Origin: Vulcanimicrobiales bacterium
Lineage (GTDB): Bacteria > Vulcanimicrobiota > Vulcanimicrobiia > Vulcanimicrobiales > Vulcanimicrobiaceae
Reading direction: 5' to 3'
NCBI GenBank assembly: GCA_038231455.1
Contig: JBBRLI010000005.1
Coordinates: 96,001-160,000, forward strand
Length of the DNA stretch: 64,000 bases
Shown here: positions 56,012 through 64,000 of the stretch, in pieces
Layout of the letters: every line of letters starts with the position of its first letter
Numbering within the stretch: the first letter of the stretch is position 1
Position numbers and translations under genes: made by a program
Notes under the pieces: generated by a model
What the model was told of the DNA's origin: nothing
What the model saw: only the letters and a program-made list of their open reading frames with translations
The model's database searches: none

Positions 56012-58761
56012 TCGAAACGTACGCCGACGATTTAGGGACCTTCCCCTCGACGCGGCAGCAACGCCGCTATGCTCTTGCAACGGCGGTCGTAGCGCTCGCA
56101 ATTGCCGTTGCGATCGTCCCGATCGCGCGTATACCAGCGGTTGCAATTCCGGCATTCTTTCCCGCGTTTGCAACGGCGATCATGCTCACCGATGCGATGA
56201 CGGCCTATTTGCTGTTCCGACAGTATCTCACCGGACGGCGACCGTCGATGGCGCTCCTTGCCATCGCATATCTCTTCACAAGCGCGATCGTGATCCCGCA
56301 TCTCATCGGCTTCCCTGGTGTGTTTTCGAAAACCGGACTCTTCGGAGCGTCCCCGCAAACCTCGGTGTGGCTCTGGGTCGCGTGGCACAGCGGCTTTCCC
56401 GCGTTCATGCTCCTCTACGTCAACGTCTACATCCGCGAGCGAACGCTTTTGCGCGCCGGTCCGCGCTGGCTTGGGCCGGCACTCGCGGCCATTACGCTTG
56501 TGCTCGCGGGGCTGATTGCGTTTGTAACGTTCCGATTCGGTCACGACCTTCCAGCGCTCATCGTCGCCGGGTCATACGTGCGCTTGATCTCAAGCGGAGT
56601 TGGACCAGCCGTGTTCGCGCTTTCCCTTGCGGCGACCGTGTGTCTGGTCAGCGTTACGCGCCTCCGCACGTCGGCCCACCTGTGGCTGAGCGTTGCTGTC
56701 TTCGCGATGACCATCGACATTGGGATCACGCTTCTTGGTGGAGCTCGCTACAGTTACGGTTGGTATTTCGCGCGCCTCGATAGTCTCGTCGCGGCGACGG
56801 TCGTGCTCGGCGCATTGTTGTATGAGGCTGCGCTCTTGGGCGAGCGCGTGGCGCAAGCCGAACGCCGCCTGCGGTCGCTCGTCGACGGCGTTGCCGACGC
56901 GCTCATCGCCATCGATCAACACGGCAACATTCGTTCGTTCAATCCCGCGGCATCGATCCTCTTCGGGCTCCAGGCGCGCGACGCGATCGGGACGCCGCTC
57001 GTGCAGATCGTGCCCGGTTACGATTCGGTTGCGCGTGAGAGTACGAGCGTTCATGAGACCGAAGGAGTCGACCGGAGCGGGCGGAGGATTCCGCTGGAAC
57101 TTGCCTTTGGCGGTGTCGATGCGAGCGCCGCGATGACGATCGTCGCGCGCGACATCACCCAGCGCAAGCGCGCGCAACTCGCGATTGCTGCGGCACGCGA
57201 TCAGGCGGTCGAAGCGGCGCGCGTGAAAGCGCAGTTCCTTGCAACCATGAGCCACGAAATCCGCACGCCGATCAATGCGGTCATCGGCATGACCGAACTC
57301 TTGATCGAAGGCGAGCTTACCGGCGAACAGCGCGAATATACGGAGACGGTTCGCAGTTCGGCGCAGTCGCTGCTCGGAATCATCAACGACGTGCTGGACT
57401 TTTCCAAACTCGAGACCGGCCGCATGCCGATCGATGCCGTCCCGTTCGCGCCGATCGAGGCGGTCGAATCGGCCGCCGATATTCTCGCCGCCGGCGCACG
57501 CAAGAAGCGGCTAACGCTCGTCACGTACGTCGCGCCGGATGTGCCCAAGCAATTGCTCGGCGACGCGAACAGAATCCGTCAAATTCTGCTCAACCTGATC
57601 GGAAACGCGATCAAGTTCACGGCGAGCGGCCACGTCGTCGTTCGTTGCACGGTCGATCGTCCCGAAGGCGACTTTACCATTGTCCGCTTCAGTGTGAGCG
57701 ACACCGGCATTGGTGTCTCGACGGAAAGCGCGGCGAAGCTCTTCGCGCCATTCGCGCAAGCGGATGATTCGACAAGCCGCCGGTTTGGCGGGACGGGTCT
57801 TGGTCTTTCAATCTCAAAGCAACTCGTCGAACTCATGGGCGGCGATATCGACGTCGATTCGCGCGCGGGAGCCGGCGCGACGTTCTGGTTCACAGCGCGG
57901 CTCAAACGTATCGACGCCGAGGCATATCAAGATCTTCCGACGCTACGCGGCGCGCGCGTTCTCATCGTCGATGACGATGGTGTATCGCGTCAAATTCTCG
58001 AACAGTACCTGCTCTCGTGGGGTATCATCGCCACGAGCACGGCAAGCGCCAACCACGCAATAACCCTTTTGCAAGGAGCGGCAAAGCGGGGGACGCCGTT
58101 TCACGCCGCACTCGTCGACTACTTTATGCCCGACCTCGATGGGATCTCGCTTGGCATGGCGATCAAAGCAGCACCGCAAATCGAATCCGTGCCGCTGATC
58201 CTGGTGACCGCATTCGATGAACCCGGCCGCGGTCGCGAGGCAATCGAGCGTGGCTTTTCCGCGTACTTACGCAAACCGCTGCGCCAGTCCGACCTCTACG
58301 ATGCGCTCGCCTCGGCCGTCGCGCACACGGTGCCGACAGTCGTTGACGTGCACGAAGCGATCGTATCGCCGCCTCGCGAGGACGTGCTGATTTTGATTGC
58401 CGAGGATCATCCGGTCAATCAAAAACTTGCGCTGCAACAACTCAAAAAGCTGGGATATCGGGCCGAGGCCGTGAACAACGGTCGCGAAGCGCTCGAGGCC
58501 CTCGAACGCACCGATTTTTCGCTCGTTTTGATGGACTGCCAAATGCCAGAACTCGACGGCTACGACACGACACGCGCAATCCGGCGCCGCGAGGCAACGC
58601 GCGGCGTTCACGTTCCGATCGTCGCGCTGACCGCGAATGCCCTCGAAGGCGATCGCGACGCTTGCATCGCCGCGGGCATGGATGACTACCTTGCCAAACC
58701 CGTGCAATTGGCCGAACTTGCCGCGATGATCGAGCGCTATACGATGGTCGACCATGTCTGA
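56008..58761 (+). CDS. hybrid sensor histidine kinase (MASE4-like membrane domain, PAS, HisKA, HATPase, 2 REC)
   Basis: ATGA overlap at 56008; same H box; DTGIG, GTGLGL; RECs LVDYFMP and LMDCQMP. Confidence 0.92.
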   Translation: MIETYADDLGTFPSTRQQRRYALATAVVALAIAVAIVPIARIPAVAIPAFFPAFATAIMLTDAMTAYLLFRQYLTGRRPSMALLAIAYLFTSAIVIPHLIGFPGVFSKTGLFGASPQTSVWLWVAWHSGFPAFMLLYVNVYIRERTLLRAGPRWLGPALAAITLVLAGLIAFVTFRFGHDLPALIVAGSYVRLISSGVGPAVFALSLAATVCLVSVTRLRTSAHLWLSVAVFAMTIDIGITLLGGARYSYGWYFARLDSLVAATVVLGALLYEAALLGERVAQAERRLRSLVDGVADALIAIDQHGNIRSFNPAASILFGLQARDAIGTPLVQIVPGYDSVARESTSVHETEGVDRSGRRIPLELAFGGVDASAAMTIVARDITQRKRAQLAIAAARDQAVEAARVKAQFLATMSHEIRTPINAVIGMTELLIEGELTGEQREYTETVRSSAQSLLGIINDVLDFSKLETGRMPIDAVPFAPIEAVESAADILAAGARKKRLTLVTYVAPDVPKQLLGDANRIRQILLNLIGNAIKFTASGHVVVRCTVDRPEGDFTIVRFSVSDTGIGVSTESAAKLFAPFAQADDSTSRRFGGTGLGLSISKQLVELMGGDIDVDSRAGAGATFWFTARLKRIDAEAYQDLPTLRGARVLIVDDDGVSRQILEQYLLSWGIIATSTASANHAITLLQGAAKRGTPFHAALVDYFMPDLDGISLGMAIKAAPQIESVPLILVTAFDEPGRGREAIERGFSAYLRKPLRQSDLYDALASAVAHTVPTVVDVHEAIVSPPREDVLILIAEDHPVNQKLALQQLKKLGYRAEAVNNGREALEALERTDFSLVLMDCQMPELDGYDTTRAIRRREATRGVHVPIVALTANALEGDRDACIAAGMDDYLAKPVQLAELAAMIERYTMVDHV

Positions 58762-59101
58762 GGCACTGGATCTCTCGGCGCTCGAAGAGGTCTTCGGCGA
58801 TGACCGTGCGGGAATCGTCGAACTGGTCGAGATGATCACCGGTGAAGAAGCCGGTGCCCTCGCGCCGGTGCGCAGCGCCGTCGAATCGCACGATGCCGGT
58901 GCCTTGCGCGACGCAGCGCACGGCCTCAAAGGGGCTGCGGCGAACGTCGGTGCATTCGGTGTCTCGCACATCGCTGCGGAGCTCGAATCGCGCGCGCGCT
59001 CCGGGGTGTGGGATGATGTTGCTGGACTACTGCGCGACCTTGGCGTCGCGCTCGAGCGTGCGCGCACGGAACTTGCCGCTTACCGGGGTGCGGTTACATG
59101 A
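58754..59101 (+). CDS. Hpt (histidine phosphotransfer) protein
   Basis: AAHGLKGAAANVGA signature. Confidence 0.92.
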   Translation: MSEALDLSALEEVFGDDRAGIVELVEMITGEEAGALAPVRSAVESHDAGALRDAAHGLKGAAANVGAFGVSHIAAELESRARSGVWDDVAGLLRDLGVALERARTELAAYRGAVT

Positions 59102-60138
59102 ATAAAGTCCTCGTCATCGATGACTACGAAGCCAACCTCAAGCTCTATGGTAAAGTGATCTCGCAGATTCCGAATACGGAAATCGTGCCGTTCACCGTCT
59201 CGAAACAAGCGCTGCTGTGGTCGGATCAGAACGACCCCGCGCTCGTGGTGGTCGACCAGAATATGCCCGATCCGGACGGCTTGGAATTCATTCGCTTGTA
59301 CCGGCAACTCCGGGGTCGCGGTGAGACGCCGATCATTATGATTACGGGTACGCAAGATCGCGAACTGCGGCGCGAAGCGCTGCGACGCGGTGCGGGTGCG
59401 TTTCTCAACAAGCCCGTTGACCCGGTCGAATTCCTCTCGTACGCGACGAACTTCATTGTCTCGCGCAGTAGTCGGATCGAAGCGGTCGCGCGGGCGGAGG
59501 CGAGTGTCTCGCAGGCACAGACGCTCGCAGCACAGCTCGAAGAACGTGACCGTCAAACGATCGAACATCTTTGGCGCGCACTTGGGGCACGCGATCCGCG
59601 GCTCGGACAGCACGCCACGCGTGTCGCCGGCTATGCCGGCCGGATCGCTTCGCGCCTCGGGCTTTCCGCAAACGATATTGCGGCGATTACGATCGCCGCG
59701 CGCGTGCACGATATCGGTAAGCTTTCGCTGCCGGATCGCGTCTTGCTCAAGGCGGCTAAACTTGCAAGCGAGGAGCGCACGATTGCACACGGCCACGCCC
59801 AGGCCGGTGCCGACATCCTGCGCGGCGAGGAGAGTCACTTGATGGCGCTCGCCGCCGATCTTGCCCGAACGCACCATGAAGCGATCGACGGCTCCGGGTA
59901 CCCGAGCGGTTTACGCGGTGAGGCAATTCCGATCGGCGGACGCATCGTCGCCGTTGCCGATGCGTTTTCCGCGATGACCGCACGGCGTCCGTGGCGCGAT
60001 GCGCTGACGATCGGTCACGCGGTCGAAGAGATCGAGCGTGCGGCCGGTTCGCGATTCGATTCGCGCGTCGTCGGTGCGTTCCGCGATGCGATGACGGAGA
60101 TTCTCGAAATTCGCGCACGCAATCCTGATCGAGCGTAG
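59098..60138 (+). CDS. response regulator with HD-GYP phosphodiesterase domain (RpfG-like)
   Basis: REC (VIDD, VDQNMP, KP) plus HDIGK, HHE, DGSGYP, AVAD. Confidence 0.92.
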   Translation: MNKVLVIDDYEANLKLYGKVISQIPNTEIVPFTVSKQALLWSDQNDPALVVVDQNMPDPDGLEFIRLYRQLRGRGETPIIMITGTQDRELRREALRRGAGAFLNKPVDPVEFLSYATNFIVSRSSRIEAVARAEASVSQAQTLAAQLEERDRQTIEHLWRALGARDPRLGQHATRVAGYAGRIASRLGLSANDIAAITIAARVHDIGKLSLPDRVLLKAAKLASEERTIAHGHAQAGADILRGEESHLMALAADLARTHHEAIDGSGYPSGLRGEAIPIGGRIVAVADAFSAMTARRPWRDALTIGHAVEEIERAAGSRFDSRVVGAFRDAMTEILEIRARNPDRA

Positions 60139-60148
60139 TTTCTCGCGC

Positions 60149-60694
60149 CTAGGCGATCGGCTCGCTACGGTCTCCGGCTAGCAGCAATTGCGGCTGCTGC
60201 GAGAACGCGTACGAACCGTCTGGCTGACGATCGAAGATCCACACAACATCGAAACAGTCGTCGGGCCACGCTTGCGGTGCGCTCGCATTGCCGAGAATCG
60301 CATTTGCGATCAAGGGAATGCGTTTATGCTCCCATGCAATCAGCGCGACGCCGCTCGATGCAAGGATGTAGCGCACCAGCGCCGTTTCTTCCTCGAGTGT
60401 GAAGCGCGTCTCCGGTTCGACATGTAGGCCTTCGGCGACCGCGACGATCGTCTCGAAGGGACGACCGTGATCGCCTTGCGTGCCGTGACTCGGCGGAGAA
60501 TAGACGGCGGTCGGCCGTTGTACGCTCGGCGAGCGTGAATCGCAGAAGAAGGGCACGAGCGCTCCCGCGCGTTGCCAGCCACGCACGATGAGCGAGTGCG
60601 GATGCGGCTCGCCATCACGATCGATGCCGTACGGTTTGCCGATGAGTGCCGGTTTCTCCGCGTGCCGGATGACCAGAATTTGCTGCGGACCCAT
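60149..60694 (-). CDS. histidine phosphatase superfamily protein
   Basis: ILVIRHAEKP (RHA), GWQRA, RPFET, IAWEH. Confidence 0.75.
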   Translation of the reverse strand: MGPQQILVIRHAEKPALIGKPYGIDRDGEPHPHSLIVRGWQRAGALVPFFCDSRSPSVQRPTAVYSPPSHGTQGDHGRPFETIVAVAEGLHVEPETRFTLEEETALVRYILASSGVALIAWEHKRIPLIANAILGNASAPQAWPDDCFDVVWIFDRQPDGSYAFSQQPQLLLAGDRSEPIA

Positions 60695-62415
60695 TAGGCG
60701 CGTGCCTCCGCCGGACGGCCGACACGCGTGCGCGCGTTCGTATACCAGACCATGCCGGGCCCGGCGTCGCGCTGCTTGCGGACGTACTTCCGTTCGGTGT
60801 AGTCGACTTCGACACGATCGCTTGTTTTTGCGCGGCTATGGGCTGCGGCAAGGTGTGCCGCAGCATCGAGATCGTCATCGGAGAGTTCGATGCTTGGCGC
60901 TGGGACGAGCACGACGTGCGAACTTGGAATGTTGCGGGCGTGAAACCAGAGGTCGTCGGGCTTTGCGATCCGGAACGTAACCTCAACGTTCTCGCGCGGC
61001 GAACGTCCGACATACGCACGCGCACCAGAGGGCAAGTCCACGTGCAGCGGCGCACGACGTTTTTTCGCCTGCTGTGTCGATGCTTTGGGACGGGCTTTTC
61101 CGTCGAGGTCGTCGAGCGCAGCCGCGATTTCAAGAAAGTCGATCGGCTCGGCACGTTCGAGTTCAAAGGCGAGATCCTCGAACGACGCGATGAGCGTCTC
61201 CAACTGGGCGAGGCGCCGTTCCAAGTGGGGGATCGCCGCGCTCAGCTTGCGATAACGCACGAAAACCGCGGCCGCATTCTCTTTTGCATCGAGCTTGGGG
61301 TCGAGCGTGATGATGAGCGCCGGATCGTCCGGCGACGCGAAGCTGGTCGTTCCCGGCTCGATTGCGTGCGCGTAGGCGTAGAGGGTTTCACCACTTGCGC
61401 GTAAGAGATTGCGGCCGCTTGCGTCGTCGCGCTTCGCGATCACCGCTGCACGTTCGCGCTTGAGCGTTTCGAGACGTTTGGAAATGCGCAGTGCGAGCGC
61501 CCGACGCCGACGGTCACTTGCACCCGATGCATCGCGTGAGGTTTTCGCGTCGCGCGCCGCGCCGAGCAACGGAAGAAGATCGCGTTCGCGGGTCAGCGTG
61601 AGGGCAGCGAACTGCGCGAGGGGCAACACGTGTGCGGCGTTCAGGAGGCCGTTTGCGTCTCGATAGGCGTACACATCACCCAAACCTTCGGGTTCGCCTG
61701 CGGTCGAACCGATGACGCCGTCGGCGCGATCGACGAGCCACGTCGCAAGCCGGTCCGACGTCGGCCAGGGAATCGCTTCGCTCTCGATGACGATCGATTC
61801 GGCAATGGCGCGCGGCAAGAGCGGGACGTGGGCTCCGAGGCCCCGCACGCGCGCGGCGCGGTCGCCCGCTAGTGCCAAGACAAGCCCGGGCCGATCGAGT
61901 CGCGGCTCGGGTCGGGGCGGTGGTTCGTACGCGCCGCCCACTTGAATGCTGCGCGCTGCGTTTTCCGCCGGTGAGAATTGCTTGGCCGCCGCGACGATCA
62001 CCTGATCTTTGAGGACGACCGCATTCCCAAAGCGCGGAATTAGTTCGAGAATCAGCGACGACTCCGTCCCGACCCCGAAACGCGACTGCGTCCCAAAGGT
62101 GAGCAGCAGGACCCGGTCCCCCCGCCGCGCCCGCACCGTTCCGAGTCGCATCCCGCGCAGAGTCACGCCGGCCGCCCGCGCCCAGCCGGGATCGCCCGCG
62201 AGGGTCAACTCCTCGTGCACGAGCGTCGCTAGGGGGGGCGTGCCGAACACATCGACGGCCAAGGTCACCTCGCTGCGACCTTTGCCGCGCAGGCCTCCGA
62301 AGCGGACGGCAAAGCGCCCGTCCTCGAGGAGCCCGACGTCCGTTACCCGGCCGCCGCGCAGCGCTCGCTCGAGTTCGATCGCCACCCGGCGCATGAGAAT
62401 CCAATCGGTGATCAC
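60694..62415 (-). CDS. rqcH: NFACT family ribosome quality-control protein (RqcH/FbpA)
   Basis: DRV...LILEL...N N-domain, YEPPP, ITLDP...ENA, VGRS..EN, WFHARNIPSSHV, VDYTERKYVRK...PGMVWY; start GTG 62415. Confidence 0.88.
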   Translation of the reverse strand: MITDWILMRRVAIELERALRGGRVTDVGLLEDGRFAVRFGGLRGKGRSEVTLAVDVFGTPPLATLVHEELTLAGDPGWARAAGVTLRGMRLGTVRARRGDRVLLLTFGTQSRFGVGTESSLILELIPRFGNAVVLKDQVIVAAAKQFSPAENAARSIQVGGAYEPPPRPEPRLDRPGLVLALAGDRAARVRGLGAHVPLLPRAIAESIVIESEAIPWPTSDRLATWLVDRADGVIGSTAGEPEGLGDVYAYRDANGLLNAAHVLPLAQFAALTLTRERDLLPLLGAARDAKTSRDASGASDRRRRALALRISKRLETLKRERAAVIAKRDDASGRNLLRASGETLYAYAHAIEPGTTSFASPDDPALIITLDPKLDAKENAAAVFVRYRKLSAAIPHLERRLAQLETLIASFEDLAFELERAEPIDFLEIAAALDDLDGKARPKASTQQAKKRRAPLHVDLPSGARAYVGRSPRENVEVTFRIAKPDDLWFHARNIPSSHVVLVPAPSIELSDDDLDAAAHLAAAHSRAKTSDRVEVDYTERKYVRKQRDAGPGMVWYTNARTRVGRPAEARA

Positions 62416-62498
62416 GGAAGGGGCTCTTCGCGGTTCTTGTGAATTCCCAGTGTTTGCCCGCACCTCGCGGGTCGATGCTTGGTTGAGGGAGGCACGTT

Positions 62499-63116
62499 CT
62501 GTCCGGGCCGGGTTTGCTCTTCGTGCTCTCGGGTCCCTCGGGAGCGGGAAAAGACACACTGCTGGGTGAGTTGTTGCCGCGTCAAGAACGGCTGATCAAG
62601 TGCGTTTCAGCGACCACCCGCGCGCCCCGCGCCGGCGAAGTCGATCGAACGGACTACTTTTTCCTCGAGCGGGGCGAATTCGTGAAGCGCCGGGATGCCG
62701 GCGGTTTCCTCGAATGGCGCGAATACAACGGGAACTTTTACGGAACTCCGCGTGCCTTTATCGAAGAACAACTCAGCCAAGGCAACGATGTCATCGCCAA
62801 ACCCGAAGTCAACGGCGCTCTCGCGATCAAGTCCCATTTTGAAGACGCCGTTCTGATCTTCACCGTCCCGGACCGGTTCTCGCGCCTGGCATCGCGGCTC
62901 GCCGCCCGCCAAACCGAAACCAACGAAGCGATCGCAATTCGCTTGGAAATCGCCCATGAAGAACTCCAAGCCATTCGATCCTTCGATTACCTCGTCATCA
63001 ACGAAGAAGCCCGGCCGCAGGATGCGGTCGACGATCTGGCAGCGATCGTCCGCGCGGAACGATTCCGCATCCATCGGTACTCCGACTCAACGATAAGGAC
63101 ACTGGAACAAACATGA
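62499..63116 (+). CDS. gmk: guanylate kinase
   Basis: LSGPSGAGKDT, VSATTRAPRAGE, YGT, FDYLVIN; start CTG 62499 proposed (ORF track gives TTG 62514). Confidence 0.95.
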   Translation: MSGPGLLFVLSGPSGAGKDTLLGELLPRQERLIKCVSATTRAPRAGEVDRTDYFFLERGEFVKRRDAGGFLEWREYNGNFYGTPRAFIEEQLSQGNDVIAKPEVNGALAIKSHFEDAVLIFTVPDRFSRLASRLAARQTETNEAIAIRLEIAHEELQAIRSFDYLVINEEARPQDAVDDLAAIVRAERFRIHRYSDSTIRTLEQT

Positions 63117-63331
63117 GCGACTCGGTTTTCGGCGATCTCGACGGCCTCTTGGAGCACGTCGACTCCAAATTCACCTTGGTCAACGTGGTGACGAAGCGTG
63201 CCAAACAACTCAACAACGGCGCCCCGCCGCTCTCCGATAAGGTGAACCCGAACAAACCCGTTTCGACGGCGTTCAACGAAGTCCGCAGTGGGAAGATCGG
63301 CTACAAACGCAACAAAGACGGAATCAAGTAA
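63113..63331 (+). CDS. rpoZ: RNA polymerase omega subunit
   Basis: SKFTLVNVVTKRAKQL...KPVSTAFNE; follows gmk. Confidence 0.92.
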   Translation: MSDSVFGDLDGLLEHVDSKFTLVNVVTKRAKQLNNGAPPLSDKVNPNKPVSTAFNEVRSGKIGYKRNKDGIK

Positions 63332-63397
63332 CGTAAAGCAAGCGTAAGCGCGTGCGAACGCGCAAGAAGATGCTCCCTCGATCCCGTACATAGCGAT

Positions 63398-64000
63398 ATG
63401 TGCGGGATTGTTGGTTATATTGGGGAGCGCGATAGCGTTCCGATCATTTTGGATGCGTTGCGGCGACTCGAATATCGCGGCTACGATTCCGCTGGAATCG
63501 CCGTCATCGATGTCGATGGCGCGCTGACCGGCTCCAAGGCCGAAGGCAAGCTGCAGAATCTTGCGGATCGTCTGGCCAATGGCGAGCCGCTCTCGGGCAA
63601 AGTCGGCGTCGGCCACACGCGCTGGGCCACGCATGGGCGGCCCTCCGATGCGAACGCGCATCCGCACATGGATTGCAGCGGCAAATTCGCCGTCATCCAC
63701 AATGGAATCATCGAAAACTACGGTCCGCTGCGCACGCGTCTGATCGCCGATGGCCACGTTTTCAAAAGCGAAACCGACACCGAAGTTCTCGCCCATCTTC
63801 TCGAAGAAAACTACAACGGCGATTTGGTGACCGCCGTGCGTCACACGCTCGGTCAGGTTCGCGGAGCGTTTGCGCTGGGTGTGATCTCGGCCGATTCGCC
63901 CGACTCGCTGATCTTCGCACGCAATGGAGCCTCACCGCTCATCGTCGGCATTGGTGAGGGCGAGATGTTCGTCGCATCCGATATTCCCGCGATGCTGCAA
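63398..64000 (+). CDS. glmS: glutamine--fructose-6-phosphate transaminase, 3' truncated by window edge
   Basis: Read by hand: MCGIVGYIG...LRRLEYRGYDSAG...GHTRWATHG...NAHPH...HNGIIEN...SETDTEV. Confidence 0.96.
   Translation, partial: MCGIVGYIGERDSVPIILDALRRLEYRGYDSAGIAVIDVDGALTGSKAEGKLQNLADRLANGEPLSGKVGVGHTRWATHGRPSDANAHPHMDCSGKFAVIHNGIIENYGPLRTRLIADGHVFKSETDTEVLAHLLEENYNGDLVTAVRHTLGQVRGAFALGVISADSPDSLIFARNGASPLIVGIGEGEMFVASDIPAMLQ

Noticed and set aside
63332-63397. glmS ribozyme upstream of glmS
   Set aside because: The gap is only 66 nt and holds just a small GCGCGT-GCGA-ACGCGC hairpin; the ribozyme core is not visible.
1-64000. CRISPR arrays, tRNA/rRNA, transposases, prophage or defence genes; many long antisense ORFs
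   Set aside because: No spaced direct repeats, cloverleafs or such protein motifs seen by eye; the antisense ORFs shadow well-supported genes.

Overview
GC-rich bacterial chromosome segment, almost entirely coding and mostly core genes: valS, pyrR-pyrB-pyrC-carA, carB, pdxH, aroE, pbpA-pknB-ruvCAB-spoIID-pilZ-queA, rqcH/fbpA, gmk-rpoZ-glmS. Gene order is Terrabacteria-like; an Eremiobacterota-like organism is only my inference. I see no rRNA, tRNA, CRISPR array, transposase or phage genes. Main points: (1) a B12-dependent class II ribonucleotide reductase (nrdJ) carries two full LAGLIDADG inteins only 11 residues apart, each directly before a catalytic Cys, downstream of tandem NrdR boxes; (2) a Cyc2-like mono-heme cytochrome/beta-barrel fusion; (3) several genes that appear to start at non-canonical codons (CTG for pbpA, gmk and tag; possibly ATT for the VIT1 gene); (4) a densely base-paired, possibly pseudoknotted intergenic element at about 25.2-25.35 kb; (5) a twin hybrid kinase, Hpt and HD-GYP phosphorelay; (6) an accessory block with a type III PKS/methyltransferase pair and a P-type ATPase remnant. 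All product calls come from motif recognition by eye; no searches were run.
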